A stretch of 64,000 nt of DNA from Octopus sinensis (GCF_006345805.1 NC_043013.1:18848001-18912000), one strand, 5' to 3'; counted from the stretch's first letter, positions 24,960 to 39,454 are shown. Program-made: numbers and translations. Notes: a model not told the origin generated them from the sequence alone.

Positions 24960-25715
24960 TAAATAATTTATCTGGGATTAAACTATCACGTGTCTACTTC
25001 CTTTACTTTTTTCCTGGGTATGACATGAAACTGCATGGAATGTTGGGTCTCTGAATTGGAAGTTCCAGGTCTTTGAAGAGTGTGGGACCATCTCTTAGCC
25101 ATCATTTTCTCTGGTATATTCTGACCCGGATCACTAGCACATGTCACGGTTCCAGCTATGGTTTAATTAGCATATTATGAAAGAAAATACACGCTCAAAA
25201 ATTCACCGTCCTGTGAGTGCCGTGAGAAACAAAAAGGTTAGGGGAGTCAACCTCGACAGCAAATCAAGTTATGATGTCTCAGGTGGTCCGGTACGCTCTT
25301 TGGCTCCCTTCCGGGAACTCCAATGCTGGTAGTGTTCATTATCCATATAAAGCAATCTATCATGGGTTATAAGCCCGCTCTAAAGTATAACCTACAGCTT
25401 GCTGGTCACCACAGCCGGCTTAGCTCGCTGAGCCACTGAAGATTGCGTAAGATTGCGCTCAAGATTGCGCTCAAGTAGGAAGAAAGTACCGCAGTATCAA
25501 GGACAGGTTTACATAGCGCTTTCTCAGGATTACTTCTCTTATGTATGGAGTAATTAAAAAGAAGTTTAGCTGTAAGTTCCGGCGGCACAAAGGTCCAGGC
25601 AGGGATTCCATTGTAGGTCGGTGCAAAGGATTTAGTGATAGTGGGATTCTCATTAAATTCAAATGTATTCAGGCTACGTTCATACCATTAATGCTTTCCT
25701 TACATCACAATAAAA

Positions 25716-25815
25716 NNNNNNNNNNNNNNNNNNNNNNNNNNNNNNNNNNNNNNNNNNNNNNNNNNNNNNNNNNNNNNNNNNNNNNNNNNNNNNNNNNNNN
25801 NNNNNNNNNNNNNNN
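25716..25815. other. Assembly gap (100 N)
   Basis: Run of 100 N, probably a scaffolding placeholder. Confidence 0.99.
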
Positions 25816-25965
25816 TCTTTCCCCCAACTTTCTCTCACTCTTTCTTCTGTTTTTTGTGTAACGCTGCGATGGACTGGCGTCCCGTCCAACTGGGGGAGCA
25901 CATACGTCATAGAAAGCGGGAAACCGGGTCCATGAGTCAGCCTAAGCTTGAAAAGGGCGCATAAA
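25816..25965 (+). mobile_element. SINE 3' part with V-domain-like motif
   Basis: 'ctgcgatggactggcgtcccgtcc' resembles the V-SINE domain; preceded by 'actttctctcactc' shared with family C; ends in (taaa)n. Confidence 0.55.
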
Positions 25966-25984
25966 TAAATAAAGATATATATGA

Positions 25985-26160
25985 GTGATCGAGTGAGGTA
26001 AGACGGCGAACTAGCCGAATCGTCTTCACAGTCTGAGTTCAAATTCCGCCGCGGTCAACTTTCAGAATCGATAAAATAAATACCAGTTGAACACAGGGGT
26101 TGATGTAATCTACTTACCCCACTCTCCCGAAATAGCTGGTCTTGTGCCAAAATTTGAAAT
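25985..26160 (+). mobile_element. SINE family B, diverged
   Basis: aagacggcgaactagccgaatcgt...ctgagttcaaattccgccgcggtcaac...gataaaataaataccag. Confidence 0.7.
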
Positions 26161-26339
26161 CAGTATACTAGGTTGAGTAAAAAGTAGGCAACATTTTGAA
26201 TCATGAAGAATTTGTACCGGATTTTTGCTGAGTTTTGAATCTTTTAAAACATTTTCTTTTTTTTTGTAATTGTCTGATAATATAGACATAGACTTGCCGA
26301 AATACATCAAAAAGTTAACATTGATATTTTTCACCGTTG

Positions 26340-27135
26340 TTATAATCATCTGAAATAGAACTGGCAAAGCGCAATATTCAAACAATTTTGTTATTCAACT
26401 GCAAAAAAGAACGTGAAGTAGCTGAATCTGCTCGCGATATCGACGAAACATTTGGTGAGGAAATGACCAGCGAGTGGTCAGCTCGAAAATGATTTAAACG
26501 ATTTCGCAGTGGAGACCTGAGCCATGAAAATCCTGAGCATAATGGATGCCCATGTGTCATCGACGATGGCGAATAAAGGCAGTCGTTGAGAAAGATCCAC
26601 GTACAACCACTTAAGAACTGGCAAAAGAAATTCAAGTTAGCCAGAAAACTGTCGGCAGCCATTTACATGTGACTGGAAAATCAAAAAAAGCTCCACAAAT
26701 CGGTACCACTTGATTTGAATGAAAATCAGAAATCGCCCCCCTATGAAATATGCTCATCGCTTCTTCTCCGTAAACAGACGGATCCTTTTTACAATGGTAT
26801 TGTAATTTGCGAAGAAAAGTGGATTTGTACAATGATAAAAAAAGATTCTTCCCAGTGGGTGGACCAAAATAAAGCAACAAAAACCTTCCCTAAACCAGAG
26901 TTCTTCAAAAGAAGTTTATGGTGACTGTTTGGTGGTGTACTACTGGGCTTATCCACTATAACTTCTTAAAACCCGGGAAAACCATTACTGCTGTAACATA
27001 TCGCCATGAAATTGCCAAAATGAACGGAAGACTTGTACTCCTCCGTCCCAGACTTGTCAACAGAAGAGGGCCAATCATTCTTCATGACAATGCTCGACCA
27101 CACGTTTCACTAATGACCCTCCAGAAGTATCTCTT
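26340..27135 (+). pseudogene. mariner transposase remnant
   Basis: ARDIDETFGEE...FKRFRSG (HTH region); VTVWWCTTGLIHYNFLKPGKTITA...IILHDNARPHV (second catalytic D); several frameshifts. Confidence 0.85.
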
Positions 27136-27654
27136 TCATTAGAATCTCCATTTAACTTTACATGGTATACACTAGGAACATAGACCCTGCGATTGGATAC
27201 CATGATTTTTATGGGTTGTTGTGTATGTGTGTGTGAGTGTGTATGTGTGTATGTGTGTGTGACGTACATACGCTTTTGAAAGTCATGGTTTTGAAAGAGT
27301 AGAAAAAGAAATCAATACATGAATCAGAGTATAGATGTAGTCTTCATTTCCTGTGAAGAGTTATGGGTGACAATATTTATTTGATGGTTTAGAACACTGG
27401 CCTCATGTGTTACTGATTAGGTTAAACTCCATGTATAAGTAATATATTTATGTGTGTGTGTGTGTGTGAGTGTGTGCACTGTGCGTGTACTATGGGTGCG
27501 TTTTTCCATGCGTGTGTACACATGTACACAAATACATACATACATATGCACATATATGAATATGTATATGCAAGTATACGTCTATATACATTCATGTATA
27601 TATATTATATATATACATATATATTATACATATATACACATATATATACATGCA

Positions 27655-27686
<32 letters not shown>

Positions 27687-29074
27687 TATATTATCATATA
27701 TATATATATAATACATAATATATATAATGCAAATAGACATACAAGCATATAAACATAAGAACACAAATATATTTATCTTTTAAGGGAAAGGTTAACCGAT
27801 CAGCTAATCAGCCCTCATCTTCGATTGGTTTCGATGCTAAAACGTTAATATCACTAATACATTATATATATAAACATAGCAACATAGCAATGGAATAATT
27901 CCGAGTATAATTCCTGAGATTACAAGAGAAAATTCCGTACAAAATATTAATACCGTGAGCGCTGTGTCAACTTCAGTTTGATATCAGCTGGATATAGCAT
28001 AACATATAACCATGTCAGTCAAACAGAATGCTATTTCATCCGATAAGCTTCAAGTATTTTGATAAAACCGAATTTCTTCTAACGTATTGTCCACTGTGTA
28101 TTCTTGCACACTTTATTTATTCCGTCTTTAATTTTAATAGCTAAAGACAAGATGGTGAGCTGCCAGAATCGTCATCACGCCGGGCAGAATGCTCGGCAGC
28201 GTTTCGCCCGTCTTTACGTTCTGTGTTCAAATTCCGGAACCATCTTGAGGCCTTGAATGAAGCTGAGTGCGGCTACTGTTATTTCCTGGCCCTAGTGTTG
28301 TTGATATTTCCTAATTTTTTTAAAACACGTTTATTTTTGGATGAAATATTGTGATTTATTTTCTTCATATGCAAACTGTAAGACTGGGCAAGAAAACCCT
28401 GTATTTCTCCAAACATCCATATAATTTATCTTATAATTCTCATAAGTATCATTACAAATGATCTTCCTGTGACGACTATCTCATAATTTTCATTGATACT
28501 GTGTATCTAGCAGCACATTATCGAATATGCCTTTTGGTTCCAAGAAGAAACGCTATAATTTGAGCACGATTTAGCTGCTGTTGTTCGCAAGCAGTCTTGT
28601 TAAAACGAAATGAAATTGGTTGTAATTTTAATTACCGTTATATATCAGCTTATGATTAAATTATCAAATATTCCTACAAGTAATTCCTACTGGACAAAGT
28701 GATATTACTATAATAGTTGGTATTTTATTTCATTAAATATTCATGGTTGCTGGCATATAATTCTAATTAGCGAAAGATAATATAACTCAAAGGGCTGATG
28801 ACCGGTTGTAATATGCCAATGTTACTTGGTCTTTGATTCTGCTTTACCATATTCTTCTCAAGAACACAGCATGTTAATATTCAAATGAATCTTCCCGAAA
28901 ATGTAATACTTGAGTCTGTTCTGGGTTGCTCCTGTGGTGATGATGATTATAGGTGCCGACTCATAATAATGGTGACATGTTCTCTTTCGTTTGTTGATTA
29001 GCGAATGCCGTCCCATGAAGATATATATGTATCTGTGAGGACTACCTGCTGGGGAACCCCCTTAAGGTACTCTT

Positions 29075-29350
29075 TCTTTAATGCCAAGTACTTATTCTAT
29101 CCCTCTCTTTTGCGGGACCTCTAAGTTACGGGGTACATTAACGAAACAACACCGGTTGCGAAGTGGTAGTGGGGGACAAACAAATACACACACAGAGAAC
29201 ACACACACACATATATATAAACACGGACACAGACACACGCACATTCCGAGGCTATAGTAGAAGACACTCGCCCAAGTTGCCACATTGTGAGACTGAACAT
29301 GAAACCATGTGGTTCGGATGCAAGCTTGTGAGCATAGAGCCACGTCTGTG
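29075..29350 (-). mobile_element. SINE family A, diverged and partial
   Basis: Reverse-oriented tail (29075-29190) and head (29235-29350). Confidence 0.7.
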
Positions 29351-29964
29351 ACCATATATATATATATGTGTGTGTGTGTGTGTATGTGTGTGTGTGCATG
29401 TGGGCATAATTAATGACAGATGGAAGATGGAAGATGCGAGAATCTCTGTTGTTCACTACAGTTGTTTCGACCCAACTAGCATCGATCCCTCGCGGGTGAG
29501 ACACTGAAAATATGGTTTAGGTGTATCTGTCAGTGCAGATGTGTCTCCTGTGTTTCGCAAGATTTCTTCTTGGCCTTCGAATATATGAATGACAAATTAA
29601 GTTATAAAGCTTTATACTCATAGAAGATCCATAACAACTATCAGCGAACAAGGTATTTGATATAACCGTTAATAGCTATGGAACCATAAACACCCACACA
29701 TACGTGGTCTAGCACACGTACAGTCGCTCTTAAAAATCCACATGCACATACAAGGGCAAACATAAGCGTGGTTTGAAGCACATACGTTTGCACACAGAAT
29801 TAAGTAGATATTGATGAAGTCATTGCCTATTACTTGCTAGTGATACAACTCCGCTTGGTGGGAAGTCACAAATTCGGCTATGCGGTGCGCTGAGGCTGGA
29901 TGGTATACTTATAGCAGTTGTACAGTCATAAATACTGACTTATTAGATGTGTATTTTTGTAATT

Positions 29965-30355
29965 TCTATATATATAAAGCTGAAGTTGTCTGTGTATGGC
30001 AGGTTTGGTAGCCTTCAACTAAAACTATCTCCTCCGAGACCCTGCAGCGCAAGTTGACCAAAATTGAGAGTATGATAGAAGAATGCTTGCTCTTTTTTCC
30101 GTAGAAGAAAAAATTCAAATCGGACCATGTTAACGCCAAAAATTATTTACATCAAAAAAGTGCTTTTTTTCTATGAAAATCCCTATTTTTTTACGATATT
30201 TTGACTACTGTGTCGCCATTTTTCGGTGTATTTCAACCAGAAAAATGTTCACTTAAAGAACATAACAAGCTACATAATGCAAAATTTTTACTTTTCAAAA
30301 ATTCCAATTCTAAAGGGTCGAAACAAACCCGAGCAACGCTGGGCGATACTGCTTG
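29965..30355 (+). mobile_element. Non-autonomous Helitron
   Basis: 5' TCTATATATATAAAGCTG; 3' cccgagcaacgctgggcgatactgCTTG. Same termini as the 23986 copy. Confidence 0.7.
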
Positions 30356-30585
30356 TGATTAATAAAACAACCGATAGCATGTAGAAAGCATCAGTGTAGG
30401 TTCTTTTGCGTTTTCATCCCATGATAAGCGACTCTTATTGAAATAATTAAGTTGGTATTTTTCTCAATTTAAATGGCATACAGTTGCCAAACGGTACCCA
30501 AGCGATGTTGCCAACTAATTTGGCATTGTCGATCTCTCCAAAGCGTTATATCTAGTATGCACATATGCATATAACTACACACATA

Positions 30586-30740
30586 CGAGGGTGAGTCAAA
30601 AAGTAATGCTATTTTGTTTAGGGCAGGTATAATTACCAACACAGGAACATGTATCATGCATCAAAATGAAGCTGGTCCTCTGTGGATCACATCCTACTTC
30701 TCGACATAATCACCGTTTCTCTCAATAGCAATGTTCCAAT
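30586..30740 (-). mobile_element. mariner 3' end with TIR
   Basis: Minus strand WNIAIERNGDYVEK* (stop at 30694-30696), then TIR cgagggtgagtcaaaaagtaatgc after a TA. Confidence 0.7.
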
Positions 30741-31300
30741 TCTATTCTTCTGTGTGTTGTGCAAATTGTCTTGACACAATTTGTTTTCATCTGAGAAGAA
30801 TCAGATTATCCCCACCTCAACGGGCGGAACTTTGCCTTCGTCAAAAGGTTCTCATTGGCTATCAGTGTCAGAATTTAGATTTTGCGCCTTTTGTACGAGT
30901 GGTATCTAAGGTCCTCATTCAGAGCCAGCTTCATTGTGGTGGCACCAACACCCAACTGTCTCGCCAAAATCCGGATTCCTTTGTTCGGATCTGTCATCAC
31001 TTTGTCCTGGTGCTCTTAGACAAACTACGGCGTGCGGACGCAGTCAGAACCTCAGCTGTATCTCTCTCTCTGCTGGCCACGGCCTCGTAGTCTCTGTTGC
31101 AGCTGTCCCCTTACAGTGTTCCCTTTACAGTGTCCACAGAGCATTGAGTAGCAGTCGTGATGTCGTCAATTTGATATCTGGTGCGAATCATAATGATACA
31201 GGTAATTCTTTTCTAATATTATGATGGCTTCCAGTTCTCCATGTCAGTTAACTTTCTTGCACCCAGAACAGTAATTTTTATGCTCTCCAACGCCGTTGAC
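30741..31300 (-). pseudogene. maT/DD37D-like transposase N-terminal remnant
   Basis: VMTDPNKGIRILARQLGVGATTMKLALNEDLRYHSYKRRK, then GII*FFSDENKLCQD..HNTQKNR (first catalytic D motif of the maT type). Confidence 0.65.
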
Positions 31301-31677
31301 TGTTTCCCCATACATCAAGCATTTTCCCTCGAAAATAGACATAAAATTCGTGAAATTCGGCCTGGCATTCCTGTACATAAGACAACGCAACGTTTGATTG
31401 CTATTTCATGATATGAGTGTGTTAGGAAAAACGAAGCGCAATGACGTAATCAGCGGGATTTGAACTAAGAAGGAAAAAGAAGGATCGCAAGGCATTTTGT
31501 TTCAATATTCTGGCAATTTTTATTACTGCGACGTTCCAATGTCATTGTACAGTCTGTTATTCTATTTATTCTGGCACAACATTTTCCGTTGCTCTACCAA
31601 TAAATTTTGGTTTATAAAGTCACTTAAAATCCTTGCTTCAATTGCTTTCTGTTTTTTTTTTCTGTTTTTGTTAATAT

Positions 31678-31903
31678 ACTCTTTTACTCTCTTTTTACTT
31701 GTTTCAGTCATTTGACTGCGGCCATGCTGGAGCACCGCCTTTAGTCGAGCAAATCGACCCCGGGACTTATTCTTTGTAAGCCCAGTACTTATTCTATCGG
31801 TCTCTTTTGCCGAACCGCTAAGTGACGGGGACGTAAACACACCAGCATCGGTTGTCAAGCAATGGTAGGGGACAAACACAGACACACAAACACACACACA
31901 CAT

Positions 31904-31973
<70 letters not shown>

Positions 31974-32127
31974 ACAGGCTTCTTTCAGTTTCCGTCTACC
32001 AAATCCACTCACAAGGCATTGGTCGGCCCGGGGCTATAGCAGAAGACACTTGCCCAAGATGCCACGCAGTGGGACTGAACCCGGAACCATGTGATTGGTT
32101 AGCAAGCTACTTACCACACAGCCACTA
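31678..32127 (-). mobile_element. Full-length SINE family A
   Basis: Near-identical reverse complement of 4380-4788. Confidence 0.9.
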
Positions 32128-34831
32128 CCTGACTAAACAATGATAAATTGTATTCAAAAAGATTCATCTGTGTTAAATATTAAAAACAAAGTTTCAATCA
32201 ATGAGCCGAGATAACCATCCATTTCCAGGAATAATGAAACAGACAAAGCAAAAAAAAAAAAAAAGGAATTAGTTGCCGCAGATTCGAATGAGCAGAAAGT
32301 AAAAAGCTTTGTAATCTTTTAATTATAGTGAGATGGCCAGTTATTTATTTAACAATAAATATTTTTCGACCACGCCCATTTTTCTCTGGATTTAAAAGTA
32401 TTTAGAGATAATGCTGAAGGGAAGATGCTGCTGCATATAGCTATTATGAAAACACTCCATCCGTCAAATGAAACGAACAACAAATTGATAGTGTCAGTGT
32501 TTATTTTGAAGCGGTTTTGTGAAACAAAAAACACAAAGGAATTAAAGGCAGATTAATGTAGATTACTGATAAGGCAAATGTAGATTGCTGTTAAAACAAA
32601 TTCAGTTTAGCATCAGACAAAGTTCCTCAAGGTATTTAGTTACCGACTTGTATGTTGTGAGTTCGAGTTCAGCGTTCATATTATTTCATCAAATGTATTT
32701 TCTTTTCTTTCTTTTATTCATATTGTTTTAAATTTATCCTGAAATTATCTTGTAGCTTTTATCTTTTGGAAGCACTTAGATCGATTTAATCCATGGGTGC
32801 TGGAACCTTCCATGATCTTTGAAGAAAACTGCGGCTGGTAATCTTGACCGAATTGTTGGTGTTTGTACGGTGGCTGTCGGTGAAAATCCCACAAAACCGC
32901 AGTGTTCTTGTGAAGAGTGGCGAGCCGAAATATTACTGGCTTCAAAAGATAGAATGATGAAACAATCCCATACATATCCGAGATTTATGAGATAAATGCC
33001 ATAATTCTAGAAGTAATTGGGTATGTGGTGACTCTGTCGTCCTGATCAATGCTAGTCGATAAAAGATGTTGCTTACCTTAATACCTGAATCAATAGCTAA
33101 ATGTAGCTGAACAAGACTATATCGGATATTTTACGGGAAAATAAAATAGTTTCGAGGTTATTGTTTTCACTTAACCGAAAACCTGAGGTGGGGAATTACC
33201 CCGTTGGAATGGAAAACAGAATGACTGGTGATGTGCGTTCTGGTGCTCTGCATTCGACCGAGGCCAACTTCGTCTTTCATCCCATCGGAATCGATTGATA
33301 AAGCCCCATTTCATGGCAGCGGGTTTATGGACTTCTTTGAGGCATCGAACGAAACAATTTATGCTATATTTCCAGCCTTTTCGCATCCAGAGTTCAAATT
33401 CTACCTCGGTACCTGAAAACATAGTTGTAAGCTTGCGTAGCGGGTAAGGCTAATACTTGAAACAGTACCAGAACCTTCTAGATGGTGTTGGCTTGAATTA
33501 GAAGACAGATTCCCCTAAATGGAATGACAGGTCCCCTTTGAAAGCCCTGATCAAGCAGATTTCTAGCGGAATGTTCTCTACATTTTCTTAAACAGAAATT
33601 TTTATATTCATCGGAGACATTAGACATTGTTGGCAAATCTCAGGTAATTAAATTATTGTCGATGTTTGTTCAATAACTATTCAATCAATCCTTGAGAGAG
33701 AGTGTGGGGAGAGAACCCCGAACGCCAAATCAATCTTTATAAATAGAAAATTCGCAAAACATGTCACTAAACCCTGTAGAGCATTCACTTCTGTTTCCTA
33801 ATTGTTGTAGCCATAGCGTTGCCTTCAATAACGGCTTCTAATTTACCTGCAATGCTACCAATTATTGCCTTCACTTAATAGTAATTCCCACTCTTTCTTC
33901 CCCCCTTCTCTCTGTGCTTTACTGCCACACTTTCTCTAGATCCCCTTTGTCTTCTTCTTTGTTTCTATCTCTGTCACTAAATCCCTCGCTCCTCCTCTTT
34001 CCCACTTTCTCAACCTTTTTTTATCTGTCTCTCTCTCATGCTTTTCATTCTTACTTTGCTATCTCTCTCTTACTCTCTCCTCCATTCTCTCTCTCTGTCC
34101 TGTCTCTGTCTTTCTGTCTTTGTCTGTCTCCATCTCTCTCTTAATCGTTTTCCCTCACCCCAAACTCTCTTTTCTCTCATTTTCTGTTTCTTTACCCACT
34201 TTTCCTTACTTTATGTCCCAGTCTTTCTTTCCGTCTTTCCCTTCTCTCCGCTCTCTCTCTCTCTTTCTCTGAATTATTTCTCTTCCATTTCCGTTCTAAT
34301 TCCGTACCTTAACATCCCTTACTCAACATCGTCAGCTGCTGAGAACAGAAATCATATTTACATGAAGTTACTTCTACGAAAATCGATATCAATACAGGAT
34401 CTCTATGTCATCATATCGATCTTAATTATTCGTAGAGTGGATTAAAGGATTTCCTCAAAGTTACCTAATCCGGCATAATTTCCTCATATTTCATTTCAAC
34501 CAATTCTTTTGATGAAATAACGAAAGAATAGACAGACATCAATATAGTTGCTTCCCAAACACATGGTTCTGAGTTCAATCCCACAGCGTGCTACTTTGGT
34601 CAAGTGTCTTCAACTATGGCCTGGAGCCGACTAAAAGCTGAAGTACGCCGTATGAAGTCAGTCGTGTCTATCTCCAGTTCGTGAAATCTGTATATCCAAC
34701 ATATAGAAGGATACAAAAGTGCCATTCCAAGTTACAACGGAAATCGCCTCGGTACAACCAAGTGCTTGTGTGTGGATCTGTCAGAAGCTGATCTAGGCAA
34801 ATTGATAGTTGCTCGATTTGTTTTTTTTCAT

Positions 34832-35062
34832 TCTTTTATTCTTTTACTTGTTTCAGTCATGTGACTACAGCCATGCTAGGGCACCGCCTTTAGTCGAGCA
34901 AGTCGACTCCAGGACTTATTATTTGTAAGCCTAGTACTTATTATATCAGTCTCTTTTGCCGAACCGCTAAGTTAAGTTACGGGGACGTAAACGCACCATC
35001 ATAGGTTGTCAAGCGATGTTGGAGGGACAAGCACAGACACACATATATAGATCAATACATAC

Positions 35063-35093
<31 letters not shown>

Positions 35094-35271
35094 CGGTGGG
35101 AGTCTTTCAGTTTCCGTCTACCAAATCCATTCACAAGGCTTTGGTCGGCCCGAGGCGATAGTAGAAAGCACTTGCCCAAGGTGCCACGCAGTGGTGCTGA
35201 ACCCGGAACCATCCCGGAACCATCCCGGAACCATGTAGTTGGTAAGAAGCTCTTTACCGCACAGCTACGCC
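34832..35271 (-). mobile_element. Full-length SINE family A, diverged
   Basis: Reverse complement of family A; contains a triplicated 11-mer cccggaaccat at 35202-35234. Confidence 0.85.
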
Positions 35272-36300
35272 TGAGTGTATGTGTGCTTTCTGATTTCAAA
35301 AACTACTGCATTTCTCAAGTGTCCATTTGGCTGTTATATTCAGCAGATCAACCGAGAATACTGAAGTTCAACTCACTGATTAATATTATTTCAATTTTTG
35401 AAGACTAGAATTTGATGAGATAGTGATTTGGTTGCTATATTTAGCATTATAAGGTACTGCATAGACGCTGTCTTAACATCTGATTTTCTCCATACATTAA
35501 AGGCAAAATATTTGTTGAGTGACATATCGAATAAGCTCAAATCTCTACCTGTAAACATCTATCGCGACCTCATGAGCTCCCTGTTTTTACAGCGAAGATT
35601 AAGTTTGATGTGAAAGTGATATATTCACACGTTTGTTGAGAGAACATTCAGCTATATTATTTACCGTCTCTAATCTTTAGGTCAGTTATCTTATTGACCA
35701 TCCACTCTTACGTCATTGCTAATAAATAAATTCTGTAAAAAAAACTGAGAAGACAACTGATGGAGTTAGCAGAATTAAGGGATAAAGATAAACGAAAAGT
35801 ATAAAGTAAATTATATATCTTAAGAGATAGAAAATTGATTTAGTTAAACCAATAGAAATAAAAAAAAATAATGTTGTGAATTGATCTCCTTCAAATAAAT
35901 ATCGTAATTGTGCTTTTTTTTTTATCTCTGATCTTAAAGTATTTCATTCGTTTCTTCAGAAAATGTTTCCTGTTGTCTGAATATTTTTTTCTGGACAGCA
36001 CTGATTGATAAAGGAAAATATATCTGACAGTTATTGTTATTGATTTACTGTACTGTGACTTTAACGAGTACAGAGTAAGCCAATAGCATATTTGTAAAGT
36101 GGTGTTAGTGATAGGTGTACACACGCCTACATACACATACCTATACCTACGTACATATACCTATTCTAATATATATAGAGACAAAACTGCCCGCACAGCA
36201 CACACATAGGAGACATATATATGTGCATAAGTCTGCGTATGTGTGAGTATGTGCATCAGAGTATGTGACTGTGTGCGTGTAAAGATTTATGTATATATTA

Positions 36301-36718
36301 CTCTTTACTCTTTTACTCTTTTACTTGTTTCAGTCATTTGACTACGGCCATGCTAGAGCACCGCCTTTAGTCGAGCAAATCGACCCCGGGACTTATTCTT
36401 TGTAAGCTCAGTACTTATTCTATCGGTCTCTTTTCCCGAACCGCTAAGTGACGGGGACGTAAACACACCAGCATCGGTTGTCAAGCAATGCTAGAGGGAC
36501 AAACACAGACACACAAACATATACATACACATACACACATATATATACAAATATACGACAGGCTTCTTTCAGTTTCCGCCTACCAAATCCACTCACAAGG
36601 CATTGGTCGGCCCGAGGCTATAGCAGAAGACACTTGCCCAAGATGCCACGCAGTGGGACTGAACCCAGAACCATGTGGTTGGTAGGCAAGCTACTTACCA
36701 CACAGCCACTCCTGCGCC
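36301..36718 (-). mobile_element. Full-length SINE family A
   Basis: Reverse complement of 4380-4788. Further partial copies at ~40655-40738, ~49196-49390 and ~50300-50417. Confidence 0.9.
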
Positions 36719-37599
36719 TATATATCCAATATATATATCCAATTTTAAAATTTATATTCGATTCAACTTAATGTTTATATAACATTCCGTAACTGTCAAT
36801 AGCTCTTATTTAAAAGGTGTCTCGTTATTTTAAAAAGTATTAACCCAATTGGCTTTATATATTTATTTCATGGGTTGGTTATCATGAATATTCATACTTA
36901 TAGACTATTGCGTTGTTGTGGATACTCACAGCTATGTGACGAATGGTTACATGAAACTTGGAGTAACAGTTTGTGCAAGTTTACCAGCGTCAATAAATAA
37001 TATTTCCCTCATCATTTGGCATGCGAACACTTTTCCCTCCATCTTGTTTTGCACGCGCCCGAGCGCGTGCACACACAACCTCACTTGTACATATATGTGT
37101 GCGTATGTGTGAATATGTATTTGTGGGTATATGTGTATGTATGTATGTATGTATGTATGTATGTATGAATATATGTATGTATGTTTGCATGTATGCATAT
37201 ATGCGTGTATGTATGTATGTATGTATGCATGTATGCATGTATGTATGTATGCATGTATGCATGTATGCACGTATGTATGTATGCATGTATGCATGTATGC
37301 ATGTATGTATATATGTGTGTATGCATGTATGTACGTATGTATGTATATATGTATGTATGTATGTATGTACGTATGTATGCAAGTATCTAACCATCTGTCT
37401 ATCTATTTTTCTATCTATTATGTATATTAGGTAACAGGACTATTCCCTCTTGTAGGTCTTGTTTCGCAAAACACATTTTAACATACTCTCTCTACACAAT
37501 TATGTATGTTGATCATTTTTGCATTATTGGATATGTCTGTATCTGTTGTTGTTGGTCGTCTATCATGATCGAAAAAGTCCAACCTAGCACATTGTTCAT

Positions 37600-38170
37600 T
37601 TGAGTAGCCTCATATGAACTTTGAAGCGAAAATCAGATGCACTGTGGTGGCCGCATACTTGATACACGATGCTGTGTTAGGTTTGGTCTTCATTGCCACG
37701 CGCTTTTCCACTTGGCTGACTCGTCTGCCATTTTCGTAGGCTTTTATTCATTCGAATTGCTTGCCTCCAGATCTGTTCATGACCATAATTTCCCGTTGTT
37801 CTTCATCAATCTCACATATCTGGAGGGCCTTTTGTCAGGGTGTCTCTATAGCAAAGTTTCGACGGTCCTCTTGCTCGATGGCCCTCTGTCAGTTCAGAGT
37901 AGAAGAGCTGCTTTAGTAACCTGTTATCCTGCATGCGCACGAAGTTTTTAGGCTATCTTAGCTGAGCCTGTGTGAGCAGTACATCTAAGTTCGGCATCTG
38001 GGCTGGCCCCCAAACTTTCATATTTGAGACTCTATGGTACCATTTGATGTTTAAGATGCGTCGGCGACTGCGCTTATGAAACTGATCTAGCAGCTGTATG
38101 TATAATCTGTATGTGTAACTGTTTATTATACTCAGAGACTTCCATCTCCATCTGGAACAGAACGTAATTT
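37600..38170 (-). mobile_element. RTE-clade LINE 3' fragment
   Basis: YRLYIQLLDQFHKRSRRRILNIKWYHRVSN...QAQLR*...RMQDNRLLKQLFYSEL..G.R..G....YRDTL is the typical RTE ORF C-terminus. Confidence 0.8.
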
Positions 38171-39454
38171 TCTCTCTCAACATTCCAGTCCCTCACGACC
38201 TTAATTCTCCATTCCTCTTCATTTTAACACGCCTCCCACTCTACACACACTTCCACAAACGCGTGCACACACTATCCTTTTTCCTACTCCACTACTCGCA
38301 CTACTACCCACACATTCAAACACATCACCATCATCAGCACCATCATCACACACGCTACTCTATCCATCTTCATGTACAACAGTAAGTATACGATCGCACA
38401 ATCACTCTTCCCAAAACCTATCACTTTTTCACCGCTATTCCACTTAACATCTCTATCCAGTATGACACACCTAACAATCTCCTACCACACAGTCGTGGCC
38501 AAAAGTTTGCAACATAGGCCTGAAAATTAGAATTTTTATATTAAATTCCAAAAATTCTGTTAAAAGTAAGCAAATTGGTCGAGCTATATTATTATTTTGG
38601 CGATTTTTTCTTGTAGATATTGAGCTATTTGATCAGTTGTATACATTTGAATCGAATTATATTTGAGCATAACAAATTTAATTTAAAAAACAAATGATCT
38701 AAACCTTTGTCCACTACTGTACACAAATACATCAGATATAATAGTCTCGGAAGCAAATACAATGGCCCATACATACGTATATACATGCACAAACACACTA
38801 GCTTCATACGTCCTTCAAAAATTACAGCCCTAGAACCCGTATAAACTAGATGCAGTGCAATCACGTCAATGATCATAGACACACAAACTGAAAACGGGGT
38901 GCAGACAGACTCGTTCACACGCATGCACACACATAAACACAGCATACTCGCACAAAGTACTGTTTCTTAAATGCACGCACACAAACACACACGCGCACAC
39001 AAACACACACTCACGCACATTAATAGGTCTAATAGGCTCTTATACGCATAATACAAAACGGAAATGAGAACACACGCGCATATAACTTCATACCCACACG
39101 TCTGACAGTCTCATAAGCTCATATACCCTCTGCAATACACATGTACACAAAAGCAGAAACACAGAGTGTATATACGCATACATTACCTCATACACACACA
39201 CATACACACGCAAATAGGTACTGTTGTCTCCCTTGCCACCCATGTCTCGCGCTTCCGGTCATTTCATTATGCCTTGACAGTTTAACTCAGACATGCATTT
39301 TCTCCTCTCCACATTTTATTTCACCGTTTCCTTCCTTTCCGTAGAAGAGCGTAGGTAAGAAAGGTAAAAATAATTTTCCAGTTAACATCAGTGTAAACCC
39401 AATACGTCATATTTTGGGTTCTTTCACCTCGTCTTTGTGTTTTCTTTATTTTTC

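Noticed and set aside
29450-29580. Two hammerhead-like relics on the minus strand
   Set aside because: Cores are degenerate (CCGCGA, AAGAAGA); at most fossils of PLE repeats.
32745-33000. Possible transposase fragment
   Set aside because: No diagnostic motif could be confirmed in any frame.
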